Shown: positions 49,430-61,772, counted from the stretch's first letter. The stretch: 64,000 bases of DNA from Chlorokybus atmophyticus (GCA_009103225.1 RHPI01002533.1:1493186-1557185), one strand, 5' to 3'. Translations and numbers: made by a program. The notes: generated from the letters alone by a model not told the origin.

Positions 49430-51040
49430 AGCGGTTTGGCCTGCTTTGCAACCTACCTTCTTAGCTGCCTTTGCAACATACTTCTCCTACTTTAGCTGCT
49501 CTCTTTGCTCCTTCGGTGCCTGCCTCTTTTGAACAGCTTCTTCCTTCCTTGCAGCCGCTGCCAGCAGGCTACATTTACTTGTTAGCAGCCTGCACCTTGC
49601 GCTGCCTGGTTGCTACCTGCTTGGCTTGCTACATCTCCCTTGTCTCGTGCAGGAGGTTAATGTATGCCTGCAATGTCAACACTTGCAATCCTCGCACTTG
49701 AGGCCTTCTCGGCTTCTGATGCCACCACTCTTGCTGCTGGATGTCAATGTTGATGTCGTTTGTGTTTGAATGTTGGGCCGTTTTATTGTTAATGTTAATG
49801 TAGGTGTAGGTGTTGATGATTCATTAACACCTAACATCAGTAATGTTTACTGCCGGTGGCACGTTTACCTTGTGGCTGTCGCTGGCATCGTCCTCTGTAG
49901 CGGCTGGCTCCTCGTAGAACTGCTTAGGCAGACCTTTACCACCTTCAGTGCGGGTCCATCTAACTCATATTGCACTTGTGCTGGAGACAAGTCGGTTGAT
50001 TGTCAATTTAGCTCCAAGCCCGTCTCGTCCGCATTGTATATGTGCAAGAGGTCATGCAAGTTCAGCTCCTCTCGTGTCTGCAGCACATGTGCATACAAGT
50101 TAATGTCTTCATTTTTTCTCACGTCACGTGTAGGTCTGCCATCTTCATCGGTTAAGCCCTTTCTCAACTCGAGTACAGTCTACTCGGGCTACAAGTATTG
50201 TTTAAGTATGCATGCCCTTTAAACACAGAATGATGGAGAACCAGTGGATTACCTAGCAAATACTATTGGTTGTTTGTACTACTTATATACATGTAAACAT
50301 ATATTATTTTTAAGTAAATTCCGCATGTTTAGCAGAGAGTATACTGACAGAAGGGTTACGTCGCGCAGCAGCGTCTCAAAGTCGCAGCGTTACGCTGTTG
50401 CGCGACGCCGCGCGGTCCATTATAAGTATACATATGCTCACAAAAAGAGATGCGGTATGTTATAGTCTATATATAGTCTATATTATGCACTTCCTCCGTG
50501 TGCAAGCATGTTATATACTTATATACATGTAAACATATATATAATTATTAAAAGATAAACACATGCGTCTTATAAATTTATGTCTATAACCAAAAGTTCA
50601 AGTGTATATCCATAAGGAGAGTGGACTGTAACCAGATTGTGTCTCGACATAAACAACCTGCGAGGTTGTTCATGTCGAGGGTACAAGTGGTTGAGTCAAC
50701 CACCAGCAGTCAACCACCACATGTACCCTGATGTGCCACCTGCCCTTATATGCTTCAGCCGCATGCACACCACCTTTTAAAACAAGTGAAGGCCTTGTGA
50801 TTGCATAATGTGGTCTATCATCCAATTGACCCATGCAACTAACTCAATGTTAACCTCTTGTACCTCAGTGAAGACATATTGGCAACTAGGGCTAAGCCAG
50901 GCTGCGAGGCAGCTGCAGCTTCTTTGGGCAGGTGTCTAGTTGTAGAGTATGGACTTGACAACCCATGCCTCTCCGCAGCGGCTTTCAAGCTCGCACCAGC
51001 CTTCACGTCATCCACAGCATTCGCCACCTTCATCATCATG
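49430..51040 (-). mobile_element. Decayed pogo/Fot1-type (Tc1-mariner superfamily) transposase
   Basis: HTH-psq-like AVDDVKAGASLKAAAERHGL; CENP-B-type HTH YVFTEVQEVNIELVAWV; FKGHAYL...ERA; first catalytic block HIYNADETGL; K/E/R-rich tail. Many stops and frameshifts, internal deletion, TIRs not identified. Confidence 0.8.
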
Positions 51041-52081
51041 CCTCCGCCATGATAATGTTAACGGTTAATATCCGCATACCCGTGCGCCTTGTCATGCTTG
51101 CCACTTGCCGCAAAGCCCTCTTGTTGCGACCGCTGAGCCGCTTGAGCCTCAGGCTGTCAGGGGTTGAGGGTGTGCTTGCACTGCTGCCATCTGCAGAGGT
51201 CGTCTTTTGCATTCACACAACCATGGTCGGCATGAAGGGGCCATAATGATGCTGGCAACCAACACAGTCGTAGGGCTCGGAGCCCTACGACTGGCTAGTA
51301 GCTGATGTGTACTACACACTGGCTACCTATTGTATAGCATGCTAACTAGAGTGTATGTAAGATGCAATCAACTTCACGCGTATGCCAACCACAATGCACC
51401 TGAACAAACACAACACTATGCGGGTGAGTATGGCATGCAGTATGTGTTTATATATCCTCTGCTTGATCAGGCCTACCGTGTCATGCGTGTGATGAGCATG
51501 TAGCAATCTTTCAGCCCCCACACTCGAGAGTGACAACCGAGCACAATCCCAACCCAACTTAGTAGGCTACACCGCCAACAAGCACACACGCAACCATATG
51601 TTACAAGTGCAACCGCGCCGGTATCCCAAACTTTGGGACCCAAACACGACTCCCCGTTTTGTGACGTGAAATTTATTACACCGTTAACAAGCCCACACGC
51701 AATCATATACCGCTTTGGTATTTAAAGCGGAAATCCCCATTTTGGGATGCAAAATCTCACACTTTGAACAATTGTGCTTGATGGTTTGTACATAGGTAAA
51801 AGTTAACTTCACGCACGCACCATTGAGTGTCACTGCGTGAATTGCTCTAAGAAAGTCAAAACTTCACAAACTGACCTGTTACATAATGTTCACACCCATT
51901 GGTCCCTAGCAACACACCACTAGATTGTATACCAACATGGACGGCCACCATACGCCCACAACGCCCACAACAACCAACAATGGTGGTTTTGTCCGAAATT
52001 GGGTAATTGTGCGAAATTGGTTCCACTTATCCTAATCTATGAAAAACAACTAAAATGCAACCACTTACGGCGCAAATGTTG

Positions 52082-52152
52082 TGCGCCGGCCGGGAATCGA
52101 ACCCGGGTCTGTACCGTGGCAGGGTACTATTCTACCACTAGACCACCGGCGC
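52082..52152 (-). tRNA. tRNA-Gly(GCC), identical to 47592-47662
   Basis: Same 71-nt sequence; T-runs follow downstream on the minus strand. Confidence 0.98.
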
Positions 52153-52479
52153 GCTGTGTTGCCACGTGTGCCAACCAACAAACCATAGACGCTTGGCGTC
52201 ATAGCTCTGTGGTGGGTGCGGCGAAGTCGCCGCCCTGCGCTAGGCTAGCGTCTACACGACTGCCAGCATGACCTGCAACTGTGCCTGAACAGCAGCGGAG
52301 AAACACAAATACAGTGCTAGCCTTTATTGTCATTGTCAACGCTCTGTGCTGACCGTGCCGAGTAACAAACCAAGCGACCCATGCATGGAGTTTTGCCTAA
52401 GACTGTTGCAGATCTGTGTAAGGCGTAGTCAAAATGCGATGCAGGGGGCAGTAGTACATCAAAAGTACAGTACTGTAGC

Positions 52480-54512
52480 ATGGAGTGCGCTGTGCATGGA
52501 GTGGTCCAGGGCGACCAGGTACGCAAGTGTTGGTGACTCTGTGCTAGTGAGATTCAGTGAGACTATGGTATTTACAACTCTTCGCATGCACCCTTGTCTT
52601 CCTCTACGGAGTGTGGTCAACCATTGTATTGACTGGTGTCTTGTGTCGACTGCGTGCATAATTTCACAAGTTCTCTTGTCTGTAAGCCTCTCATAGCTGA
52701 GTGTGTTTGTGCGAAGCAAGCAGACTGGCCGCCTTGAGCGCTAAAACGCATGTTGTCCATAAGCTATGTACCCGCAAATTGCTCTGTGCTCATGTGTGTA
52801 TTCATTGTTTCTTGGTACTTGTTTCGGGATTTTGGTATGCAATCGCGTTGATAATTACAAATGGGCAGATAGGCAAAATCCTCGTTTCTGACTAATTTCT
52901 GACTGATGTACCGCTGTGTTAATCTGAGGGAAGGAACGAAGAAATGAACGAGTAGATCAATGCATGCAACGAGTCACACAGATTGACTGAAGCAGGGAAC
53001 GACTTGTTGACTCAGTGAGCATTCAACGACTGATTGACTGATTGAATTAGGAGTGCAAGTCGTTGCATGCGCTGCTGAGAGGCATGAGCGGAGCCCCTGA
53101 GCGGCCTCTGCGAAGGCACGAGATATGCCTCAGGACAGACCCCTCAACAGGCACGCCATCTTATTGTATAGAACATACCATGAGTCACCGCTTACTATTT
53201 GTTATTGTGAACGTTATGCTGATTGCAGGGCAGGGAGCCGCCGAGCTGCGTCTGATATGCAATCTGACCAACATCAACCCAGATTGGTAAGCGTCTCTTT
53301 CATTGGTTTTTCCATCGTTTATTGTTAAGCCAAGCAAGACATGTTCACATCTGAAGCAAAGAGTGCCAATTGCTTGATGCATGTTGAGACATAGTGGAGA
53401 CAGAGCTGGCAGCCTCCTGAACGTGTTACGCGCATAGATACATGACGACAACATGCATGCCACATTACTTACTACACTCCTTTGTGTACTTTCACACGCC
53501 CACATGCGCGCACATGTTGCAATGATGACCAATGCATCTTCGTGTGCTCACACAGGACTTTGAGGCACGTGAGTGCAGCGATGAGGGGTGCAGGGGCAGA
53601 GCAGCTTCAAGCGGTTGTGCGCACAGCTGTTGAGTCACGCGTCGGCCCCAATGCGCTGCAATTCTTCGCATCTCTCGGCTTCATGTGAGTAAGTCTTCAT
53701 GCGTATGTTGTATGCATTCTGCTGCTGGAGTTGACGCAAGCTTGTGATCTGCGCAGTGCAGATTTTGAGTTCCTGCAAGAGGGTGTCGTGTACACGCTCA
53801 TGCGCGGCAACCATACGCTGTCCATTGCGGTCTCATCTCTGCATAAGGTGCCACAACTTAGTTCATGTAGCGTGTGATTATGGTCAGTTTGTGCAAGCAT
53901 TTTCAGAACAAGTCATATGCTGTTGTTGCTCCATTGACTGACAGTCTTCCTTGCTATTGCAATCGCATGCATGCACGCACATGCACACAACGTTGGCGCC
54001 CATAAGCATGCATGCGCGCCCCTGCGCATGCACATATATATGCACACATACATACTTGCGCAGGCACACTCACGCGCACACGCGCAGACACATTCACCCA
54101 CACACGCAAGTGCACGCACCCATCCACACATGCACATGTGCAAACAAATGTACACACGCTCTCACATACACGCTCCTGTGTAGTTGATGAGGGCACAAGA
54201 TGTCTCGAGTGCAACGCCGCTGTCCCCCGGGTCGTGGCTTGTGGAGGTGACGGTGCCCGCCACGAGCGACACTTACACGGACGCCGTCGCTGCCATTGTT
54301 ACGCTTGGCGATCAACTCTACCCGTAAGCACGAGCGACCACGTGTGGCCCTAACATTCCTTCACCAGCTAACTGATAGGTATTCTTACGCGTGTGCGTGT
54401 GTCTCTCAGGCTGGTGAGGTTGACAAAGCCAACTGCGAGCAGTGTTGGCTCTGCCGCCAGCCTGGCTGCCATGCGACGGGCGCCCGCGGCCACTTCCAGC
54501 TTGGCGCGATGA
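52480..54512 (+). CDS. MED18: Mediator complex subunit 18
   Basis: MECAVHGVVQGDQ|ECKSLHALLRGMSGAPERPLRRHEICL...ELRLICNL...W|...AAMRGAGAEQLQAVVRTAVESRVGPNALQFFASLGF|...|...LVEVTVPATSDTYTDAVAAI...|LVRLTKP; colinear with plant MED18 as I recall it (MECVVQG...GAMRGAGADQ). Confidence 0.92.
53950..54175. repeat. Degenerate (CA/CG)n microsatellite in MED18 intron
   Basis: cacacatacatac/cacgcgcacacg runs. Confidence 0.8.
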
Positions 54513-55351
54513 CAGTAACCACTGTGTAAGTTGCTTGTTTGGCACATGTCGTGTTTTGTACTTTTGTCTTTTCATGCACGTGCGGCCAGCAGCGTGGATG
54601 GATGGCGCCAAACCTGACAGTCACTGCTGAGCAGCAGCGGTGACTTTAGTTGGTAACTTGTTGACTTGCAGTGCGTGATGGAGCGGGAGCAACATTTTGT
54701 TGCGTCATCAGGCATGTTGAAAGCGTGTTGCAAGGACATATGGGTCAACCTTTACTCAAGGCACGCTAAGTGGAGGCACATCAACTCCCACATTGGAGGC
54801 TTCAAAACCATGGCAGAAGACTCCAAGACTAAACCGCACTTCATCAACTTTTGGAGCCACCACCGTTGATACCCGTGAGACATACTAGGTGAAAAACGGG
54901 ATTAAAGCCGACTACAACTTTGGGGTGGGGGACCAGCAATGAGGATGGTGGCAGCGTGTAAGAAGGTTTGCATGAGGTTCACGCCATCACAACCGCAACA
55001 GCGCTGAGGACATCATCCACAATGCCAAGCATACAGGCACTAGAGCTACAGCTTGCAGTGAAACCTCTCACTGTACATAAAGCTGGACAATGGCTACATG
55101 CTTTCACCTGATTATACGATCAGCACCAAACCAATCATAATCGTGCAATACAAAGTTGTACTACTACACTCAATGTACATAGTATATATCAACTTGTAGT
55201 CAATCAAGAGCTGTTGATAAACGCAGTGCAAAGCCGCAACGCTACGCATGCCAGACCGAAAAGGGTCCCTACCGTGCTCGGGTCTCAAAAAAAGCTAGCT
55301 GTCTGTGCCTTCTAGCCCTATCCAACATCGCCTACACTGCATTATCGCAGG

Positions 55352-57427
55352 TCACGCTGATTCCTCTTGAGAGTCCTTACGCAATGTGTGTAACATGTTT
55401 TCGTAGACGAACCACCACGCCTGCACACATAGATGTCAACATTCCATCTAACAACCGACACGCTGCAGGTATGAATAATTGATATCATGTATCTAATGCT
55501 GCTTGCTGTGTTGACTCTTCGCTCAACCTCACTTGTGCTTGTCAGTGCATGTTGGCAAGCCAACATACCGAACACTGACACCATGACAGTTGACATCTAT
55601 GCGAGGAGAAGGTCACACTTGAGGAACACCCACCGCATGAAGAGGTGCAACAGAGAGAATCCTTGGTGTGATGCCGCGCCAAAGGCCCTGCATGCCATAC
55701 ATGTCACGCACGCCGGCCGCCACGGCCAGCGCCCCTTGACCTGCAAATCGCTTATCTGCCATGTTGCAACAGGTGAATAAGCTGTGTTGCAGTTTTATGG
55801 TGGCATGGGTGGTTGCAGCAACTCTTACCGGTCATCTGAAGCGTGTGTATCAAGTCAAAAGGCGTGCTGACTGCCGCAGCCACGGCACCAGCCACCCCAC
55901 CAGCGAGCAGTAGCTCAACATTGCTGGGCTTTCGCTTCTTGACCTGCCCATTGCAAGTTGTCAAGCAACACTCAACACTGAAAGTTACCGTGTCAACAGC
56001 AGCACTCACAGTTTTGATGCTGTTGGAGATAGCGTCAAACGTTATGAAGTTGGCCACAAAAAACGGACACTCGCGCCACAGGGTGATGCCAAGGCCTTGA
56101 AATAACTTCAATGGACCTGATAAGAGGCACATGCATTTATTAAATCAAGAATGAAACCAAGCTCGTAAGCAAACCATACGGTAAACTTGGTAGCTCACCT
56201 CCTGACCTGACAATGGATGCGACCTCTTGCACAACATTCTTGTTCATTCCCGTCTGCAACCTCTTGCGAACGAGCTCCCTTGGTGCAACGACAAACGTGG
56301 CGGCAATAGCACCAGCCAGGCCTGCTGTTATCTACAAGAGAGCATGTCAAAGGACGGCTTCACAACTTGACCAACATACTGCAAATATATGCAATGTCTG
56401 ACCTGCAAAGGGAGTGGAGACAATACGTCTGCCAGCGCGCCCCCAACTGCCTCCCTTGCTTGCAACCTTACTGCCGACGAGGGTGCAGATGCAAATGCAC
56501 TTGTCCAGCCTGCAAAATTACACTTATGTATAAGTGAGGAGCTGAAGCCGAATGTTGACAAACGACACTGCATGTCACCAACCATGCACCACGCGTTTTG
56601 AGTTGTCACACTTGCCTTTGTATAGACTCCCAATGTCTTTAATGGCAGATGCAACGGAGCTGCAGATAAAGACATGAATATCATCATTTTGTATCAGGAA
56701 CAACACGAAATCGAGTGCTGAGGTACCTGCCTGCTTGTATTCGTGTCTTAATTGTGTCAATGGGGTACACGGCAACACTGGATGTTACTGCTGCAATCGC
56801 ACCGGCGATGAATGGCGCTGCGCGATACGGAGATGTTGGTGCTGGATTGAATGCAGAAAATCATGCAAGCATGCTTGACACGCTTACAGATGAGGTTTGC
56901 TTGGCGGCTTGCATGAAGCACTCCAAGCAACAACTTTTAAATGGGGATTTACAGCACGGAAGAATCAAAATAACTTACTCCGAGCAGGCAGACTAACCCA
57001 CACAGCCATCACATTGGCGGTCAGCACATCTGTTGAAGCCGAATTTGCAAGTAGCAAACACTGAATACATGAGACCTGTCTCGCACAAGCATGACTCTCT
57101 AGAAGTGCGTTTGCTAGAGGATAGCATTGCTAGGAACAATGACCATTGTGTCAGCGCAGAAGCGCAAGCGGATGTGAAGTGGTCACGCATACAACAGCTG
57201 CAAAGACAGAAGTCGCTGGCATGCCAGCGCTTTTGCTTGCATGTACAATCAGATGGAAGCAACATCCTTTCATTCAATTGTTGCTAGGCACACGCAGAGA
57301 GCTCTCAAGCACAATGCCTTGTACCAGCATCGCGATGACGCTTTTGCACCGGCACCACCACCGGAGTTACACCGACGTCCTTCTCCGTCATGACAGCGGG
57401 GGAGCCAGGAAGCGCAGGCGGCGCCAT
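55352..57427 (-). CDS. Mitochondrial carrier family protein (SAMC-like; substrate uncertain; start uncertain)
   Basis: Carrier signatures FIAGAIAAVTSSVAVYPIDTIKTRIQ; APRELVRKRLQ; LWRECPF...FITFD; LAGGVAGAVAAAVSTPFDLIHTLQM; GLWRG...; last exon WWFVYE...*. Confidence 0.85.
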
Positions 57428-57902
57428 GGCTAGCCCCCTGCTCCGCCTCCTCCACCGCCGCCGCAACGCATTTAGCAGCTGATTTAACCAATGAGTCTAC
57501 AATGTGACCAGTCGAGCGGCGCCAATTAGGGTTTGTGTGAGCAGACTGAGTAGCAGCGGTTTCTGCTTGGCGACATGCTTGACCGCGTGGGTGGCGTTGT
57601 CGGCGTGGGCGGGGGGCGTGAGGCTGGCGGCTGGGTGATCTGACTTCTCTGACTAGATAGCGAAGCAAAAGCGTGTGGTTTATTCTGTGTATACTGGCTG
57701 GGCTGCCTGCGTGTCGGCGGGATGAGGGGAGACTTTCAGCGGCGACGTTGTGCTTGATCCTGCGTCGCCGTTCGCCGCTGTTGCCAACGCCTTCGTCGTC
57801 ATAATTGTCGTGGATGTTGTTGTAATCGCCACCGTGTCGGAAATCTAGCTGGAAGCCTGGCTGTAACAGCTGCCGCCTGGTGGCCACTGTGCCTCATCAG
57901 CC

Positions 57903-60900
57903 ATGTCGAACAGCTCGCGGCCGAAGATGTTCAAAATGGAGCCCTTCAAGCACAGGGTGGAGATGGACCCGCAGTACGCGGACAAGACGTGGAAGATCCT
58001 TGCCGACGCCATCCATGAAATCAACAACCACAACGCCTCTGGGCTGTCTTTTGAGGAGCTGTACAGGTAAGCTACGTCGCGTCTGAGTTGTGCGGTGTGA
58101 CAGCAGTTGCTCTTCGGTCTGCTCAAGTACATCCAAACGCCTTTTACTTGAATGTTACTTGTGCCGCGCGCGTTCACGAATGTTGACTGAGGCCATTGTC
58201 AATGCTTCAGTTTGCTGTGCTCGCGATGAATGTTGCAAGGTTGCAGCTTAGCTGCATCGCGACTGCACTGCAGACTGTGTGGGTAGCCTACTTGAATGTA
58301 AATGCCATGTTGGTTACGCAGTTATCAACAGCGTTGCTAGGTAGACGACGTGTATTGCCGGCTTGCACAGGCATATGCACTGAGTGCAATGCCATGTTGC
58401 TACGCAGTCATGAGCAACAATGCTAGGTGGATGGCGTGTATCGTTGGCTTCAACGGGCATATGCATTGTGCATGCCCTTGCGCAACTTGATTATCACGCA
58501 CATGTTGCTACTCAATGCAAGCACGCGGGATTGCTGAGACGGACATGCTAGTTTAGGGTCGCTTATTGCTTGATTGTCGCTCTCCCCAGACAATTGGTTT
58601 TCTTCTAAGGTTGGGTGTAGTCCTGCCGTTGCTAAGTTGATTGACTGCACGACCAGGAACGCGTACAATATGGTGCTGCACAAGTGTGGGGAGCGTCTGT
58701 ACAACGGATTGGTGCAGACTATCACAGAGCACCTGAGAAACATAGCCTTCCAGATAGAAAGCGCGCACCTGTTTCTAGAAGAGTTCAACAGCCGGTGGTT
58801 AGACCACAACAAGTCTATGCAGATGATCAGAGACATCCTCATGTATATGGATCGCACGTACGTCACCCAGCAGAACAAGACACCGGTGCACGAGCTTGGG
58901 TTGAATCTTTGGCGAGATCATGTTGTGCGCCAGCCTCACATCTCAGAAAAGTTGAGGACGACTCTTCTTGACCTGGTGCATCAAGAAAGAACTGGCGAAG
59001 TCATAAACAGGGGTCTCATGCGCAGTATATCACAAATGTTGATGGACCTGGGTCAGGATGTTTATCAGGTACAATCGTCACTAGCTGAAGCTGGCTGCAT
59101 GCTTGGGTGATTTGCGTGGTGACATTGCTGACGGACTGTTGCGAGCAGGACGATTTTGAGCAACCATTCCTGCAAGCGGCCCATACCTTCTACAAGATGG
59201 AAGCACAGGCCTACATTGGCACGAGTGATTGCCCTGACTATCTTAAGAAAGCAGAGCGCCGGTTGAGTGAGGAGATGGATCGTGTAGCACATTGTCTGGA
59301 TATCAGCACCGAGCCCAAGATCACTGCTGTTGTGGACACGGAAATGGTTGGCGCCTACATGAAAACCCTAGTGGAGATGGAGAATTCCGGCCTTGTATCG
59401 TTGTTGAAGGATGACAAGTACGAGGATCTTGCCCGCATGTACAACTTGTTCAGGTAAGTAGTGTCTGGCAAGGTCTGGGTGGCCCAGGCCCCCACCTGTC
59501 CACTGGCTCAATTGCAACCAATGGTTCAAGTTGCCATAACTTCTGAGCATGGTTCCAGACGGGTTCCTGGAGGTCTCCAGATTATTAGGGATGTGATGTC
59601 GAGCCACTTGAGGGACACTGGCAAGCAGCTTGTCATGGAGCCAGATAGGCAAAAGGAGGCTGTGGACTTTGTCCAACGTCTACTTGACGAGAAGGACAAG
59701 TATGACCGGACCATTCAGCGGGCTTTCAACAATGACAAAACCTTCCAGAATGCTCTCAATCAGGTCTGTAACCCGCCTATAGCACCAGCATACAGTCTGA
59801 CCTAGCCTATTGCAGCTACTCATCCATGCGCGCATTGCAGGCGTTTGAGTACTTCATCAACTTGAACAACCGATCACCCGAATTTATCTCTTTGTTTGTG
59901 GACGACAAGCTGCGAAAAGGACTCAAGGGTGTCAGTGATGAAGATGTCGAGGTCGTCCTTGATAAAGTCATGATGCTGTTCAGGTACAGATCTTTTGCGT
60001 CAAGTTGCTTGTGCAACATATGCAATGCTCCATGGCAACAATGCTCCCAGCTGTAGTGGTGCACTCAATGTAAGCTCGAGTTACTTGATCCACCAGGTAT
60101 CTTCAAGAGAAGGATGTGTTTGAGAAGTACTACAAGCAGCATTTGGCCAAGCGGCTCCTGTCTGGCAGAACTGTGTCTGATGATGCCGAGCGCTCCCTCA
60201 TTGTGAAGTTGAAGACTGAGTGTGGTTACCAGTTTACATCCAAGTTAGAGGGCATGTTCACAGACATGAAGACCTCAAAAGACACGATGCAGGGTTTCAA
60301 GCAGGTGTTGGCCACGACAGACGCATCCCTGAATGGCATTGACCTGAACGTCCACGTGCTCACAACAGGGTCTTGGCCCACCCAGACAGGAGCACGATGC
60401 AATCTGCCCGCTGAACTGCTGCCTTGCTGCGATAAGTTCAAAACCTTCTACTTGTCTACGCATACAGGGCGGCGTCTTACATGGCAGACCAACATGGGAT
60501 CTGCTGACATCAAGGCCACGTTTGCCAAGAGCAAGCATGAGTTGAATGTCTCGACATACCAGATGTGCATTCTCATGCTTTTCAACAAGGCCGACAAGCT
60601 CTCGTACCGAGAGATCGAACAGGCAACGGACATCCCGGCCATCGACCTCAAGCGCAACCTGCAGTCCCTGGCTTGTGTCAAAGGCAAGAATGTACTTCGA
60701 AAGGTGCCCATGAGCAAGGATGTCAATGAGGACGACGAGTTTTACTTCAACGAGCAGTTTCAATCACAGTTTTACAAGGTGAAGATCGGCACTGTCGTTG
60801 CACAAAAGGAAACGGAACCCGAGAAGCAGGAGACCAGGCAGAAGGTGGAGGAGGATAGGAAGCCACAGATTGAGGCTGCGATAGTGCGCATCATGAAGGC

Positions 60901-61069
60901 CAGGCGCGTTTTGGATCACAACAACATCATTAGCGAAGTCACCAAACAACTGCAGGCGCGCTTCCTACCTAACCCAGCGGTTATCAAGAAGCGCATGGAG
61001 AGTCTTATCGAGCGCGAGTTTCTAGAAAGGGATAAAAACGATCGCAAACTGTACCGGTACTTAGCCTGA
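57903..61069 (+). CDS. CUL3: Cullin-3
   Basis: ...[46 protein letters not shown]|NAYNMVLHK...[18 protein letters not shown]...[20 protein letters not shown]...[28 protein letters not shown]. Confidence 0.98.
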
Positions 61070-61546
61070 TTGTCCAGGTTCTTTCCTTCCCTCCACACTG
61101 TGTATAGAGAGCGCATTGTTTGTGCGCGTTGTCTTGTTGGCTGCCGCGAGTTGAAGCTCGCCTGCGGTTTAAATGGTAGTTTCCAACCATTGCGCTATGA
61201 CTGCACATTGCTTGGTCAGTAGGCAACTGCTGCATAATGCACATACCGACGGGTAAGAGGCGGAAATAGAATGGTTAATAAAATGGTTATTACAGAGACG
61301 ACAAGGTGACCATGGATGTCAAGGCCCCAGGTAATGAAAACACACGGGTGATTGGGAGAGCCTTTCGCACTATTAATCTAAAGTAGGTAGGTTGTTAGCG
61401 CGTTATGACACTCGGGACTGATCAACTTTGCACATTGTTGCTTTCCAGTGCGCACAAACCAGCACAATACTTGGACGCTGGCCGCGAAGCAAAAAGCAAA
61501 TAAATGCAGAGTATGTGCACATGCAAGCACGACAGTCGCATTCACA

Positions 61547-61772
61547 AGATTTGGGGGCCCAGAGCAGCGCTAGCCTGACTATCGCAGCTAAACTAACAGA
61601 CCAACAACACCAGCTAAGGACAGCGAACAGCAGACAGGACATAGGGCAGGCAAGGGTGTGCACGGTGTTGGCAACCTGCGCAGCAGAGGTGTGGGTGTCA
61701 GGCCGTGTCCAGCAGCACAGGAAGGACTTGGACGACTTGACGACCAAAGACGACTGACTGGGCCCCGCCGCC
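61547..61772 (-). repeat. PLE terminal-repeat family copy 6 (reverse orientation)
   Basis: Reverse complement ggcggcggggcccag...gtcgtc...ggacacggcctgac...cctctgctgcgcagg...ctagcgctgctctgggcccccaaatct. Confidence 0.8.

Noticed and set aside
53913-54353. His/Thr- and Cys/Val-rich ORFs
   Set aside because: Translations of an intronic CA/CG microsatellite.
57270-57887. 205-aa minus-strand ORF across the carrier/CUL3 promoter
   Set aside because: Non-ATG start, GC-rich island where long ORFs arise by chance, no recognisable domain; part might still be a carrier 5' exon.
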